From positions 86,306,001 to 86,370,000 of the forward strand of contig NC_045696.1 of NCBI RefSeq assembly GCF_009834535.1: DNA of 64,000 nt, written 5' to 3'. The notes under the pieces were generated by a model, which had not been told where the DNA came from, made no database searches, and saw only the letters and a program-made list of their open reading frames with translations. Made by a program: the position numbers and the translations under genes. Source of the DNA: Camelus ferus. Taxonomy: Eukaryota. Below are positions 25,820 through 40,400 of this stretch, piece by piece; positions within the stretch are counted from its first letter, which is position 1, and each line of letters starts with the position of its first letter.

Positions 25820-27035
25820 GTAATAAATATGAATTTAAAATTGGAAGCTGTGTCTGTTATATAGGACCTGACAAACTAATCATAGGGTAGAAACTAGATT
25901 TTGTGACTAAAATGATTATACAGTTATTTTATAAATGTCACAAACAAGATTTTTCCATTTTCATTGTCTTTGAAAAAGCCATTATTATAAGCAAAGAAAT
26001 AGACATACTAGCCTGAAAGAAAATCTTTACTCTTTAGAAACACTTTATTATTTCTTACTAAAATATACTTATTTTATAATGATTCCACATTTTTATTCTT
26101 AGTATTTATTCTGCCTTTTAGTTGTATATGTAATGTGTCTTCATTTTAGGGGAAAAAAGTACATGCAAAGTAAAATGATGAGTAACATAAAATAATAAAA
26201 TTCCATGTAATCCCAGCATCTAATTACCACTTAATATTTGATGTGATACCTCTTACTGAGTCCACTGAGGCATGTGCAGGCAAATTAATGTATCTAAAAA
26301 GGTAATATATTGCCTCCCTGCCTTATAACTATCCTCTTAATTTGCATTAAGATTTTACTTTTATGCAGATATCAAATTATGTTACTCATATGTGATGCAT
26401 TTAATATACAGTTACCTAATACATATATTTAAATAATTTAATCTTTTGAATCATTTCTTGTTTTCTGGTGTCTTAGTGGCTTATATTTTGATTTAGTTCA
26501 TTTCTTACATAATTAAAAGCATATTTTCTATTTTTTACCTTTGGATTGGAACAAAGCAGAAGGAGTTATTCAAATACCATTTATTTGTGTGAATACATTT
26601 CTGAACATAAGATTGAAGGTGTGAAGGTGTAATTTTTCATTTATAAATTACATGAATTATGTTCTGTTCATCTTTGACTGTTCTGTAGCCGCTGCTTTTT
26701 TTTTTTTCCCCGGCAAGTATCCCTAATGGGTTTCAAGCGGAACTGTATATACTTCTTTGATGGAATGGTTATAGTATTGTATTGAATATGCATTAGTATA
26801 AAATCAGCTTTTTTTCTCAGTAGATTGTAGTACCATCTTTAAAGTCTCATCACCTATCAGTCTATTAAATATACAGCAGTTTTTAGGAGAATGTTTGTTA
26901 ACTGAATTAATCAGGGTTTAACCATAAGAGATATATTTTCAAAACTTTTAAGGTTTTATTTTTAATTTATAATATAGATTTCTGTTAGTTTTATTTGGAA
27001 TTTTTGATTAAATTTTTTCCTTTCTCCATGAACAG

Positions 27036-27099
27036 ATTACATATGAAAGGAATATGAGCTATGTTGTTAATGAAGCTTTCTTGGAAGTGATGTTTCAAA
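27036..27099 (+). other. Candidate exon (64 nt), ITYERNMSYVVNEAFLEVMFQ
   Basis: Strong acceptor ttttttcctttctccatgaacAG; donor AA|GTGAGT at 27100; open in phase 0. Confidence 0.4.
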
Positions 27100-29379
27100 G
27101 TGAGTGATTTTTTTTTCATTATTTAAAAGAAGTAAAACTTTCCTTGTAATGTATCTTTACTAAAGAAAAGAGCTTATTTGGTTACTTAGTTATATTTTAC
27201 TGGCAGCTTTCAGGGTGCATGTGTGGAGCTATATGATACATGTATCCATCTCAACTTTCAAAGGAAAAAAAAAGTCAGGTCTAAAACAAAGACTTCACAA
27301 GTTGTAGAAAGAGGAATGTTCAACTCGCTGGTCTTATTGTAAGGCAATACTGAAAAAGGCAAATGGATTTTTTCCTTAAGAAGAGTATTTAAATTTAACT
27401 TATGCACAACTTTTGCCAAGATCACAATGAATAAACAAGAGAGATAACAATAACATTTGTAACCCAGAAGGCTGAATTTTCATATCTCTGAAACCACTTG
27501 ATTATTTGTACTTAGTATAATAAATAAAATACATTCATTAAAGACTGACAGTGATAAGCTTTTAATATATCACTATCAAGTTTTACCCATTAATTTCAAA
27601 GCAATTCTAGTTTGAATTAATTTGAATCATATTTCATTTCATCTTACTAAGAGAGTCATTGCCTTTGGTGGGTTAAATTACTACTTTAACCTAGATTCTA
27701 GAATATGGAGATTATCTGGAAATATTTAAAAAGTAAGTATTTCTCTATCTTAACTGGGGTGCTTACTCTGTATTTTGAATATGACCAGCTTATGTAGCTT
27801 TCTCAAAATGAACTCCTTCTGGCATTACTGAATTATTTCTCATTTATAAAAATGATATTGATTAGGTAATAATTATATAGGACATGCATTAAGTTAAGAG
27901 AGGCCAGACATAAACTATTTGACAAGAAATAACCTCTTGATATTTAATATTTATTAAAAATGTTCTTAGTTAATATTAATCATATTTCAAAAAGCATACA
28001 TATGTTTGCAGATTTTATCCAAAGTACTAGGAATTGTCACTGTACTATATCATGAATTACACAAAACATAATTTAAAGATGTAAAAAGGTTCTAATATAT
28101 AATGCTAGTTAGCAAATTAATTTTTTCCCTTTTGCTTGATAATAATCCTCAGTTTAGAGGTTCACCAGAAAACTGTTCCCTCACACTTTTTTGTATATCC
28201 CTACAACATACTTTTATTGATCCTATTATCTGCACATCAGCTTGTTTAATAAATTATTTTATGTGCTGTTGATGGTCAATCCATTTCATTGTAATGGCCT
28301 CCCATTGCTACCTCATTAAAATATAGCATTACAGATCCATTATATTCCAGTGGCCAGCCATTGATTTCCTTCTTGTATTAAAACCACTCAGCCTCAACAG
28401 GAAGCCTAATCAAGATGGATCATCTTATCCTCTACAAAATGGGATGGAATATTCCTAATTTTATTTTTGTAAATTGAGAACACTCTAAACCTTTTAACAG
28501 ACGTAAAATAAAAAGTGTTTTCCTCTTTGTAAAACTACATACCTCTTGGTATGAACACAGTTTTCCATAATGATGGTTCCCATTTGTCCCTTGTGAAACT
28601 GATATGCCTATGCCGATGAAAAGAAACTGCAGTTTCTACTGCTGTGTGTAGAATGGATTCTGATTTCTGTTTTCAGAATTTATTTCATGATTTATGTAAT
28701 CAAAACCAATATTTTCTTTTCTTAATTCAGAAGCTACTCTCCTGCTAAACATTATATATATATATGTATGTGAGTATATTTATACACACACACAGAACTG
28801 CATTACTCTAAAAAGTAATTTCTTAATTCATTCATGAGCGCTACCGGGAATTTAAAACTAATTTATAAAAGATCAATTGTGAGTTTTTTGTTCTAATTTT
28901 GGAAACTAATTATTGCTAGTGGCTCTTCATACAGTCTTTACTATTCCTTCATAAATTTTGATCTACAGCATAAGAATGTGAAAATATATATTTTTTAATT
29001 TGTTTAAGAGAAAAAGATGACCATATAGTCTTAAATACACAGTGGGTTTTACCTAATTTATTATTATTAATTCGGGTTATGAACAATCAAATATGTATTA
29101 AAATGTGTGAAACTATCAAAAGATAGTAATAATAAAATTCTCAGTACTAATAGGGAGATTTTCTCCTTATTCTTTCTCCTTTGACTGTTATAAGCTAATC
29201 CTAATTGTATCTTCAAATTATTATTCAAATTATTTTTTCAAATAATCCTGAATCTTATTTGCTGGGGCTGGAGCAAGTCTATGCAATGCAGGCCATCTTG
29301 GGCCTTTACAGACTTTTTAATACCTGCTCAATTTTTCTGTGACTTCTTACCAATCTGTGATCATGAAATTCCATGAAAA

Positions 29380-29540
29380 ATTAGTAAAGGCTGTCCAATT
29401 CTGACACTGATTCTGAAACCAAAACCAATGTTTATGGTTTTCCCACACTACTAAGAGATTAACTCAATTCTGACACTGTCTACCTGGAGACAGCATCACA
29501 ACCCAGAGAGTAAGGGCTCAGTCCTACAAGACTGAGACTA
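29380..29540. mobile_element. MER21-like LTR fragment
   Basis: 'caattctgacactgtctacctggagacagcatcacaaccc...aagggctcagtcctacaagactg'. Confidence 0.65.
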
Positions 29541-30659
29541 CAAGAGGTGTGTTTCTTAATGAAGAGTAGATATGTTAAATTGTGAAAGTAAAGACTGGAC
29601 AGACCATATAATTTGACAGTGTTCAGAGTTTATGCATGTACCACAACAGAAATAACATTACAGAATAGAACCTGGGAGTCAGTGGTCCCTGGATTTCTTT
29701 GTCAATGCTCTGAAGTTATTGTAGATCTATTGGAGAGAGACTCCAAATGGTTCCTGTGCCTTCAGTCTTTTAAAGACTGTTCTCATGTCCATGTTTCATA
29801 TGGCAGTCATAAATTTAGTCATGTTATCCTCCTGCTTAAAATGTTTGCTTGTTTTTCATCTGTTCGTGGACAAAGCCAAAGCCTTCTCTAATTCCCCCCC
29901 AATTCCCATTTGTTTATCTTCTGCTCCAGCTATGCCAAACTAATTTTGAATTCCACAGACACATCTTGGCTGCCATTCCTTTCCTGCCCACCTTCCCCAC
30001 TTCCCTGCCAGTGTCTCCTGCACTTGCCACGTCCTCTCCCTGCGCCGGAATACTTGACTTAGAACTTGCTTCTGATTTCAATTTCTTCTTCAGCCCAAAG
30101 TCTGCCTCAAAGACTGACCTCTCCAGGCTGAGTTAAGATTTCTCTCCATCTACCCTTCAGCTCCGTACCAACTCTTGTTTGTTGATAGTTTGTATGTTTG
30201 TTTATTTAACTTCTTTTCCCCATTAGACCACTTTTTATTTTGTGGTTTTAATTTTTTTAATGACTACATTATAAATTTCACCATAGATACTTAACACAGT
30301 CTTAAAATTGGACAATATTTTAGCCTGTCATTGACAATAAAAGGGTTTTAAATAGCTTAGATCTGATTTTTTTCTCTCTCAATTTAAATATTAGTATAGC
30401 ATAGAGATACCAGCCCCATGTATATATGTGAAATTAATGCATGATAAATGTGGCAGTGAAACAGATTATATACTACTGAAAAAAGTAGTTCACCATATGG
30501 AATAAAATAAAGCTGGATGATTGAAAAAAACAAAACAAACAAACAAACAAACAAACAAAAAACCCAAAAAAACAAAACCCAGCAGCCCCTGACATCCAGG
30601 AGTGCTAGGTTTTGGTGTTGCAAGTGAGAGGGCCTTTTCCTCCAAGCTTGATGTTGATA

Positions 30660-31110
30660 TTCTGTTGAAAATAATTTTAAGAAAACACCAATGTCATACA
30701 AGGCCGTTCTGTGACTATGATGGCTTAAGAAAAGAAGATCATGCCATAACCAGGTCTGAACACAGACAACTAGATGGACATTATTGAAACCGCAAAAGTT
30801 ACCAACCCTCTTCCTTTCCTGGTTAAAATGAGTGGCTACTATGTTTTGTTTTGTTTTGTTTTCCAACTATGATTTTTAGCTTAACTTCATTTTTCATAAC
30901 TTATATATAAGATTTGGTATGATACCCAATCACAGTATTACCTTACTGACAGCACATAATCCAGAGCAAGGACCCAATCCATTTGCACCTTCTCCAGAAG
31001 CACCTAACATGTGCTCAAATTTTACAAGTTCTTTCTAACACCCTTCTACTGAGATACCCCACTATTTTTCATAGTTAGCTGTGTCACTCATTTCAGCTAC
31101 CTAATACCTT
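30660..31110 (+). mobile_element. ERV1 LTR (MER90/MER110-like)
   Basis: 'tctgaacacagacaa', 'gatacccaatcacagtattacc', 'ttctttctaacacccttctactgagatacccc' resemble recalled consensus. Confidence 0.65.
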
Positions 31111-32579
31111 GTAAAAAAAAAAAAAAAAAAAGAAATAGGAAATCAATTCTGGTATACTGGTTTTTATTTCTAGTATTTTCTTCTGTTTCTTTCTTAGAAT
31201 GTCTGTGGTTCCACATAGATTACTCATCTGTTTTGTATCTTGTCTACTTTTCCCCACTAGTCTTTAACATATTTACCATAGTTATTTTAAATTTCCTTTT
31301 TGATAATATCAGCATTGTGTCATGTCTGAGTCTGGTTCTGATCTTGCTTTGCTTCTTCAGACTGTGTCTTTAACTACCTTCGTCATTCTTTGAAATTTTT
31401 TGTTGAAAGCCCTACATGATGTATCAGGTAATAGGAACTGAGGTAAATAGGATTTTCGTGTTGTTGACCTGAAATAGGCAGGTATTTCTCCAGCAAAGGT
31501 GAGTTTATTTGGGAACAGCAGAGAATTACAACTTGGGGTCCAGAACCATGACAGGCTACATGTATGTCCCCACAAGGGACAGATAATTCTTTCACTTAGG
31601 GGAAAAGGAAGTTGGGAGGGCTACAGCAAACAGAGTCCACGGCTTTTCATTCGCTGAGCTCTTTGCAAGAAAGAAGAGTCTTTCTGTTGGGCTCTGCTCT
31701 TTTAATGGGACCTGAGAGGAGACTCTGCTGTTCTCCCAACTCTATTTAGTTGAAGTTTCTGTTTATAATTTTTTTTATATATATTTTCCCCTTTTGATCA
31801 AGATCTTTTTATGAAAGTATCGCTGATCAAGAGTCAAGTTTTCTAGTTTCAGAGATTTTTTGTCCCTCAGTGCCCAGGAAGGAACTTTCCTGAGTGCAGT
31901 GTCTCACACTGGAGGGAAGATAGACAGGTTGGGGATCTGCTGAGGTTCCCCTTCAGGTAATAAGAGGGGTAGGAGGGAGACTTCTTAGGCACCTTTTGTC
32001 TTAACTCCACATGTTACCAAGATCAAAGACACTGGAGATCATCTGAAGCATTATGCCATGATCAGAGGTTTGGCAACAAACTTCCAGCAGTCCTGGGCTG
32101 AATATCATGGGGAGATCTGTCCTATCAGATGTTGACTGCTAGAGTTCTTGGAAATCTTTACTTGTATGTCACCAGATGATGTGCATGTCTAGTCAGAATT
32201 TTGTGCTTTCTTTGTGTGTCATGTGAATCCAAGGGTATATCTGTTGGAATTTGGCAGTAAGAAGGTTGGTCAGCAGTACCTGATGGGGGCCCTCTCCAGT
32301 GAAACTGAAGAGAATTCTTCTTTAGGAGACTTTTCTAATAGACAGAATCTCTACGTTGCAAGGTACAATGCCTAAGACCTTTGTCTCCCGAGAATGCACT
32401 ATGAAAAGATTGCTCTACCAAAGCATGGTTATTTTTAAAAGAAGCAATTTGGCCTTTGCACATTGGAGTACCTCTCCTTTTATCAATTGCAGGTCTAAAG
32501 AAGCAGAAGCCATTGCATTGGGTGTCCTGTGACTGTCTCAAAGGTTGAGAATTTATAAGTTCCAAAAGTAATGGATCTG

Positions 32580-34940
32580 AGAGTTAGACACTAAATGGCA
32601 ATGCTTTTGACCAAGGCATTTGGAGAGAGACTACAAATTTTTCCAATTGAGTCTTAATAATACCATTAATGCATTTGACTAAACCAGAAATTGATGGTGG
32701 TAAGCACAGTGAAAGTGTCGTAAACCTGATCAAACAGCACATACTTATCAAGTACCTGACCAGTAAAATAGATTCTTTGATCACAATATGAAGTTTGAGA
32801 GGAGTTCCCAAGGTAGAAATCTTTTTAAAAAGGAAGTTAGCTACAAAAGAGGTCATAACCTGCCTTCACGGATGACTTTAAGACTGGTGCGAAAACATAA
32901 CAGACTGTGACTAAAACATATGTACATCCTTGAGACAGAGGAAATTGTTGAAATCTATTTGCCAGGCCTCCAACGGTCCATTAGGCAGTTTGAAATGTTT
33001 AGGAGTGATACGAACAGGCTTCCCTGGGTTGTACTTCATACAAGTGGGAAAAGTGAGCTGGGTACTTGTTGCAGCCTTGTTAATGCTTCCCCACCAATAG
33101 TAATTCATGAGTGCTATTATTTTGTCAGTAAACCAAAGGTTTAATGCATGCACCGTAGTGAAGAGGCGGAATTTCAGACTCTCTGATAGGATTGGGTTGT
33201 TATGTGGTCCAAAGCAGAGCTTTCTCTTTTTAACAAAGCAAGAATTATTGAATTTCCAATCCTGTTTTTCTTTATCTGAGGCTAATTGTTGGGCTTTTGT
33301 AGCTGGTTTTTCTAAGTTATCATTTGGGGATGTATCCCTCAGACCATGATAAAGGTTTGGCTGCTGTTAATCCCTTGAAAGGCAGCAGTCTTTTCAGAGA
33401 GATCAGCAAGGTGATTGCCCTTAGTTTCCAGACAGTCAAGTTTTGAATGCCCTGGGAATTTAATAGTAGCTAAAGCAACAGGTGAAAGTATTGAATTCAT
33501 TAATTCCTGAACATAGGGGCTGTTACAAATTTTATTTCTACTGGAAGTAAGGAAGGCATGTTGTTTCTACAAAATTCTAAAATCATGAGCTATTCCAAAA
33601 ATATATCTACTATCAATATAAATAATGATAGTTTTGTCCTTGTCTAAAGTACAAGCCTGTGTGAAAGTATATAATTCAGCCTGTTGGGCTATAGGTACAG
33701 ATACAGCCTCATTAACATCAAGAAAAGTAGCAAAAACAAACCCAGCAGGATATTTGCCATTGTCACCTTTTAAATAAGAACACCATCAGTGAACCATGAG
33801 AAATCAGGCTTACCCAAAGGAATTTCCAGTAGATCAGTATGAGGATTCAAGAGATGGTCTGTCAGTGTGAAGCAGTCATGGGGGACTTTGTCAGTGACAG
33901 GAGGGAGAAAGTAACTGGGTTAGGATTATTACAGCATGGAAGAATTATGTGAGGTCCAGTTACCAAAAGGACTTCTCAGGAGGTGAGGAAGCTGATTGAG
34001 AAATGTTGAATATGATAAGAATTCAGGAGAGCATCTGCTGCATGAGGTATAAAAGTAGTTAAAGGGGATTCCGTAACAATTTTCCCAGCGGCCTCAACCA
34101 AAATGGCAGTGTCTATAATGGCTCTCAGGCAAGGTGGTATCCCCATGCCACAGGGCCCAGATGCTGACTGTATACATTCTAAGGGTTGATGGGTGGTCCC
34201 TGTGTTTTTGTGTAAATACCAAAGGCATTCACTTCTCATATGGAAAGAGGGGTCCCCAAGGGGAGGTGGGTTCATCAAATCCTCCTTTACGGCCTTGAAT
34301 GTTGTTTCCAATTCTTCCCATAAAATTGGGTAGGGGTTGACATTGTGTAGTATAACATACAGAGGTTTGGCCATAAAAGAGAAATTTGTAATGCAGTTTT
34401 GGAATGAACAGCTAACCTAAGAAAGCCATGCAGTTGACACTTTGGGGTACTGGGAAACTTAGGAAACCATGAAGTTTATCTGGATCTAGGTGTAGCCCTT
34501 GTTGTGACAGCACATGCTCTAAATATATAACCTGGGTTTGGACAAACTGCAGTTTTTCTTTGGCTGACTTGTGTCCCTTTAAGGCTAAAAGCTTTAGCAA
34601 GTGGATGCTGACTTCCTGAAAGGAAGATTGAGAAGGAAAGCAAAGAGTAAATCATCCACATATTGCAGCAAAGAGAACCTCTGGGGAACTTTATATTATC
34701 AAGATCAGACTTCAGGATTTGTGAAATAAGGACTCTCAGTAAAACACTGAGGCATTACCATCCAAGTGAATTGTTTTTCTTCCCAAATGAAGGCAAAAAG
34801 GTATTGGCTAGCTTCATCTGAAATACTAAAGAATGCATTGCATGTCAATTACAGTAAAGAATTTGCTTCCAGTGGAAATGGATGTTAGTAACATTTGAGG
34901 TTTAGGAACAATAAGGTGTTGATGGGTAACAATGTTATTT
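32580..34940 (-). pseudogene. pol: ERV pol remnant (RT, RNase H, integrase)
   Basis: LLQYVDDLL (~34644-34670), KGHK..KEKLQF, AKPLY, WFTDG (~33782-33796), PNGPLEAWQIDF; many stops and frameshifts. Confidence 0.9.
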
Positions 34941-35140
34941 TAGAATAGATAAACAAGTTTACCCTGTATAGCATAGGGAAATATAGTCAAGGCCTTATAG
35001 TAGCTCACAGTAAAAAAGAATATGAAAGCAAATATATGTATTTTCATGTATGACTAAAAACTGTACTGTACACCAGAATTGACACAACATTGTAAACTGA
35101 CTATAACTCAATAAAAAATAAGATAAAAACAAAAAAAAAA
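34941..35140 (+). mobile_element. Short L1 3' stub (related to 22047-23460)
   Basis: 'gataaacaag...tgtatagcatagggaaatat...tgacacaacattgtaaactgactataactcaataaaaa' plus A tail. Confidence 0.9.
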
Positions 35141-35166
35141 GTTACTTTATTTTTTAAGTCTTCTGC

Positions 35167-38100
35167 ATTTTTTTGAAGTACAGTGGGTTTACAATATTAT
35201 ATTAGTTTCAGGTGTACAACAGTGATTTGATATTTTTAAAGATTATATTCTATTTAAAGTTATTAAAAGTAATGGCTGTATGTTCCTGTGACGTACAATA
35301 TGTCCTTTCCTTGCTGCTTATTTATTTTATATGTAGTAGTTTGTATCTCTTAATCCCCTACTCCTATCTTGGCCCTCCCTGCTTCCCTATTCTTTCCACT
35401 GATAACCTCTATTTTTTTCTCTATACCTGTGAGTCTGTTTCTTTTCTGTTAGTCATTCCTTTTATTTTTAGATTACAAATATGAGATATAAAAGAGTATT
35501 TGTCTTTCTCTGACTTATTTCAGTAAGAACAATACCTCTAGTTCCATCTCCATTGTTACAAATGGCAGAATTTCACTCATTTTATGGCTGGTAATCCATT
35601 GTGTATATATACCCCATCTTATTTATTCATTATCTGTTGATGGGTACTTAGGTTGCTTTCATAACCTGGCTGTTATAAATAATGCTACTATGAACATTGT
35701 GATGCATGTATCTTTTTGAACTATCTTTTTGAACTATGATTTAGTTTTTTCATGTTCTTTATATATACTCCCAGGAGTGGGATTGCTGCATCATATGCTA
35801 GTTCTATTTTTAGGTTTTTGAGAAGCCTCCATACTGTTTTCCACAGTGGTCGCACCAGTTTACATTCCCACCAACAGTGTACTGGGGTTCCATTTTCTTT
35901 ACATCCTTGCCAACATTTGTTATCTGTAGACTTTTTTATGATAGACATTTTGATAGTGTGAGGTGATGATACCTCATTGTGGTTTTAATTTGCATTTCTC
36001 TGATTAGAAATTTTGAGCATCCATTCATGTGCCATTTGTATGTTTTCCTTGGAAGAATGTCTATTCAGGTCTTGTGCCTTTTTTTTTTTTTTTTTTTAGG
36101 TTGTTTTCTTTTTTTGATATTGAGTTGCAGTAGATGTTTATATTGCTTAAATATTAACCCCTTATTGGTCATAATAATTTGGAAATATTTAATCTCATCA
36201 GGTGGGTAGCCTTTTTGTTTTGTCAATGATTTCCTTTGCTGTGCAAAAGCTTTTACCTTTAATTAGGACCTATTTGTTTATTTTTGCTTTTGTTTATTTT
36301 TCCTGAGGGGACATATGAAAAAATACTGCTACAATTAATGTCAAATAATGTTCTACATATGTTCTCTTCTAGGGGTTTTATGGTTTCATATCTTACATTT
36401 AGGTCTTTAATCCATTTGAGTTCATTTTTGTATATGGTGTGAGAAAATGTTCTAACTTTATTTTCTTACATGTAGCTGTCCAGTTTTCTCAGCATCATTT
36501 ATTGAAGGGACTGCATTTTCTCCATCATATGTTTGCATCCTGTTCATCAATTATGTAACTATAAGTGTATGGGTTTATTTCTAGGCTCTATTTTCTACTC
36601 CATTGATCTGTGTGTTTGTTTTTATGTCAGTACCATACTGCTTTGATTACTGCACCTTTGTAGTATAGTCTGAAGTCAGGAGGCATGATATCTCATTTTT
36701 TTATATTTTCTCAAGATTGCTTTGGCAATTTGGGGTCCTTTGTGGTTCCATATATATTGTAGGATTATCTGATCTAGTTCTGTGAAATATGTCATGGGTA
36801 TTTTGATAGAGGTTGTATTCAATCTATAGATTGCTTTGGGTAGTATGGACATTTTAACAGTATTAATTCTTCCAACCCATGAACTTGGATATCTTTGCAT
36901 TATACTGTATCATGTTCAGTTTTCTTTATCAGTGTCTTATAGTTTTCCAAGTACAGGTCTTTCACCTGTTTGGTTAAGTTTATTCCTAGGTATTTTTTGA
37001 TGCAATTTTAAATGTGACTGTTTTTTTCACTTTCTCTTTTTCTGATACTTCATTGTTAGTGTAAAGAAATGCAACAGATTTCTGTACATTAATCTTGTTT
37101 CCTGCTACCTTGCTGAATTTATATATTAATTCTAATAGTTTTTGTGTGGGGTGTTTAGGGTTTTCTATATATCATATATCAATATATCATATTATATATG
37201 TCATGTCATCTGCATATAATGACAGTTTGACCTCTTCCCTTCAAATCTGTAGAATCTGTAAAATAAGCTATTTTTTTGTCTTGTCTATTGCCATGGCTAG
37301 GATTTCCAATACTAAGTTGAATAGAAGTGGTAAGAGTAGGCATCCTTGTCTTGTTCCAGAATTTAGTGAGAAGGCATTTAGATTTTCACCTTTGAATATT
37401 ATACTGGCTGTGGGTTTGTCATAAATGACTTTTATTGACTGTGTTGCCTCTATATCCACTAGAGTGAGAGTTTTTATCATGAATGGATGTTGCATTTTGT
37501 CACATACTTTTTCTGCACCTATTGAGATGATTGTGGTTTTTTCCTGTTCTTTTGTTGACGTGGTGTATCACATTGATTCATTTGTGTAAGGTGAAACACT
37601 CTTGAGACCCTGGAATGAATCCAACTTGATCATGTTGTATGAATCCTTTTTATGTATTGTTGGATTCTGTTTGCTAATCTTTTGTTGAGGATTTTTGCCT
37701 CTATATTCACCAGGGATAGTGGCCTGTAATTTTTTTTTTGTAGTGTCTTTATCTGGTTTTGGTATCAGTGTTGGTGGCTTCATAGACTAATTTTGGTGTT
37801 TTCCCTCCTCCTCAGTCTTACACAATAGTTTGAGAAGGATAAGTGTAAGTTTTCTTTGTATTTTTGGTATAACTCCCCATGGAAGATATCCAGTCCTGGA
37901 CTTTTGTTTGTAGGGAGTGTTTTTGTTTGTTTGTTTTTCTTTTTCTTTTTTACAGATTGTACTTCACTTCTAGTGATCAAGTTATCTGATTCTATTTGGT
38001 TCAGTTTTGGCAAGTTCTATGTTTCTAGAAACTTGCCTTTTTGCTAGGTTGTCCAATTTGTTGGCATATAACTGTTCATAGTATTTTCTTATGATTTTTT

Positions 38101-40400
38101 ATGTTTCTGTGTTACCACTTGTTATTTCTCCCCTTTCATTTCTTGCTTCGCTTATTTGGGTTCTCTATCTCTTTTCTTCCTGTTGAGTGTGGCTGTAGTT
38201 TTGTCAGTGTTATTTATCCTTTCAAATCAGCAGTTCTTTTTTTGGTTGATCTTTTCTATTTTTAATCTCTATTTTATTTATTTCCTCTCTGATCTTTATT
38301 ACTTCTCTCTGCTAATTTGGGATTTTTTGCCGATTCTTTTAAGTGGTAAGTTAGGCTGTTTATTTGAGATTTTTTTCTTGTTTCTTTTTTTTTTTTTGAG
38401 AAAGGCCTGTATTGCTATGAACTTCTCATATTGCTAGAACTGCTTTTGCTGCATCCCACTGGTTTTGTGTGGTTGTGTTTTTTCATTGTCATTTGTCTCC
38501 AGGTATTTTCTAACTACCTCTTTGATTTTATTGTTGGCCCATTGCTTTCTTAGTAGCATGTTTAGTCTCCATGTAATCATTCTTTTTCCTCGTTTTTCTT
38601 TCCATGGTTGAGTTCTACTTTTATACAGTTATGATCAGAAAACATCCTTGAAATCATTTCTATTCTCTCAAATTTGTTGCGGCTTGTTTTGTGTACTAGT
38701 ATGTGGTCTATCCTAGAGAATGTTCCAGGCATGCTTGGAAAGAGTGTGTGTGTGTATATGTATGTGTGTATATATATATGGTTTTTTTTTTTTTTTTTGG
38801 ATGCAGTGTCCTTTAGACAATTAAGTATCAATTAAGTCCAACTGTTCTGTTATGTTGTTTAGTATCTCCGTTGCCTCATTGATTTTCTATCTGGAAGATC
38901 TATTGATGTAAGTTGGGTATTAAAGTCTCCTACTAATATATTCCTGCCACTTTGTCTCTTGGTATTTGTTTTATGTATTTAGGTGCTCCTATATTGGGTG
39001 CATATATGTTAATGATCCCTTCTTGTATTGGTCCCTTTATCATTTTACAGTGTCCTCCTTTGTCTTTCTCAATGGACTCTGTTTTAAAGTCTTTTTTCTC
39101 TCATATGAGCATACTCCTACTTCCTTGTCATTTCCATTTACATATATCCCGTCACTCCCAACCTGTGTCTTTCACTTTAAAGTTGATCTCTTATAAGCAG
39201 CACATTGTAGGTTCTTGTTTCTTTATCCAATCTGCTACTCTGTCTTTTTATCAAATCAACAGTCCATTGACGTTTAATTATTAATCAGTATGTATTTATT
39301 GCTATTATAAACCTTGTTTTCTGGTTGATTTTTTAGTTCTTCAATGTCCCTTTCTTCTTTTTGTTTTTCCTTTTGTGGCTTGATGGTTTTCTTTTGTATT
39401 ATGTTTGAATTCCTTTCTTTTTGTTTTTTTGTGAGTCTTTTGTATGTTTTTGATTTGTGATTACCCTGGTTTTCAAGTATGTAAACCCATAACTATAGTT
39501 ACTTGCTTTTGACTGTTAGTGATATAAGTTCAAACACATTCTAAAGATCTAAATTTTGTATTCCCCTCCCCCACATTTTGTGATTTTAATGTCCTATTTT
39601 ACATCTTCATATTTATCCTTTTGCTGTTCATTGTAGTTATAATCGCATTTACAGAATTAAAATAATTTATTTAATCTATGTACTGGCTCATTTAAGTGAG
39701 CCAGTACAAAAGATTATCCAATTCTTTTACATATTTGCTTTTCCATTGTGTTTTTCCCTTTCATATAGATTCTTGCTTTTTTTAGATTTAGAGAAGATCT
39801 TTCAATATTTCTTTTAGGTTAGGTTTAGTATTGTATTCTTTTCGTTTTTGCTTGTTCGAGATGTTCTCATTTTCTTTTTGTATTTAAATGATTATATTGC
39901 TTGGTAGAGTAGCATAGGTTGCAGCTTTTCCCTTTCAGAACTTGGAGTATATTATGCCCTCCCTTCCGGCTGGCAAAGTTTCTTTAGAGAAATCAGCTGA
40001 TGGCCTTATGGGGCGTGCCTTTGTATTTGACTCTTTGTTTTTCTCTTGTTATCTTTATCTTATCTTTAGCTTTGCCATTTTACTTATGATATATCTTGGC
40101 ATAGATCAGTTTGGGTTCATCTTGTTTGGAACCCTCTGTGCTTCCTATACTTGGATATCTGCTTTCTTCTCTATGTGTGGGAATTTTTCAGCCATAATTT
40201 ATTTTATTCTATTTTCAGTCCCCACTTCTCTTTCTTCTCCTTCTGGAATCCCTGTTATGTGTAGGTTGACATGCATCCCTTAGATTTCATATGTTGCTTT
40301 CATTTTTTGCTTGTTTTTCTTTCAGCTGTTCTGATTGGGTGATTCCCATTATTCTATCTTCTAGATCACTTATTTGTTCTTCTGCATTATTTAGTCTATT
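35167..40400 (-). mobile_element. Long decayed LINE-1 (part ORF1, ORF2, 3' UTR)
   Basis: ORF fragments 38577-38831 (GTFSRIDHIL), 37780-38013 (KSPGLD), 37268-37495 (GTRQGC), 36676-36900, 35721-35948 ([18 protein letters not shown]). Confidence 0.95.

Noticed and set aside
30384..30866. 160-aa ORF
   Set aside because: Spans an LTR, (CAAA)n simple repeats and an old L1 tail; low complexity, no recognisable domain
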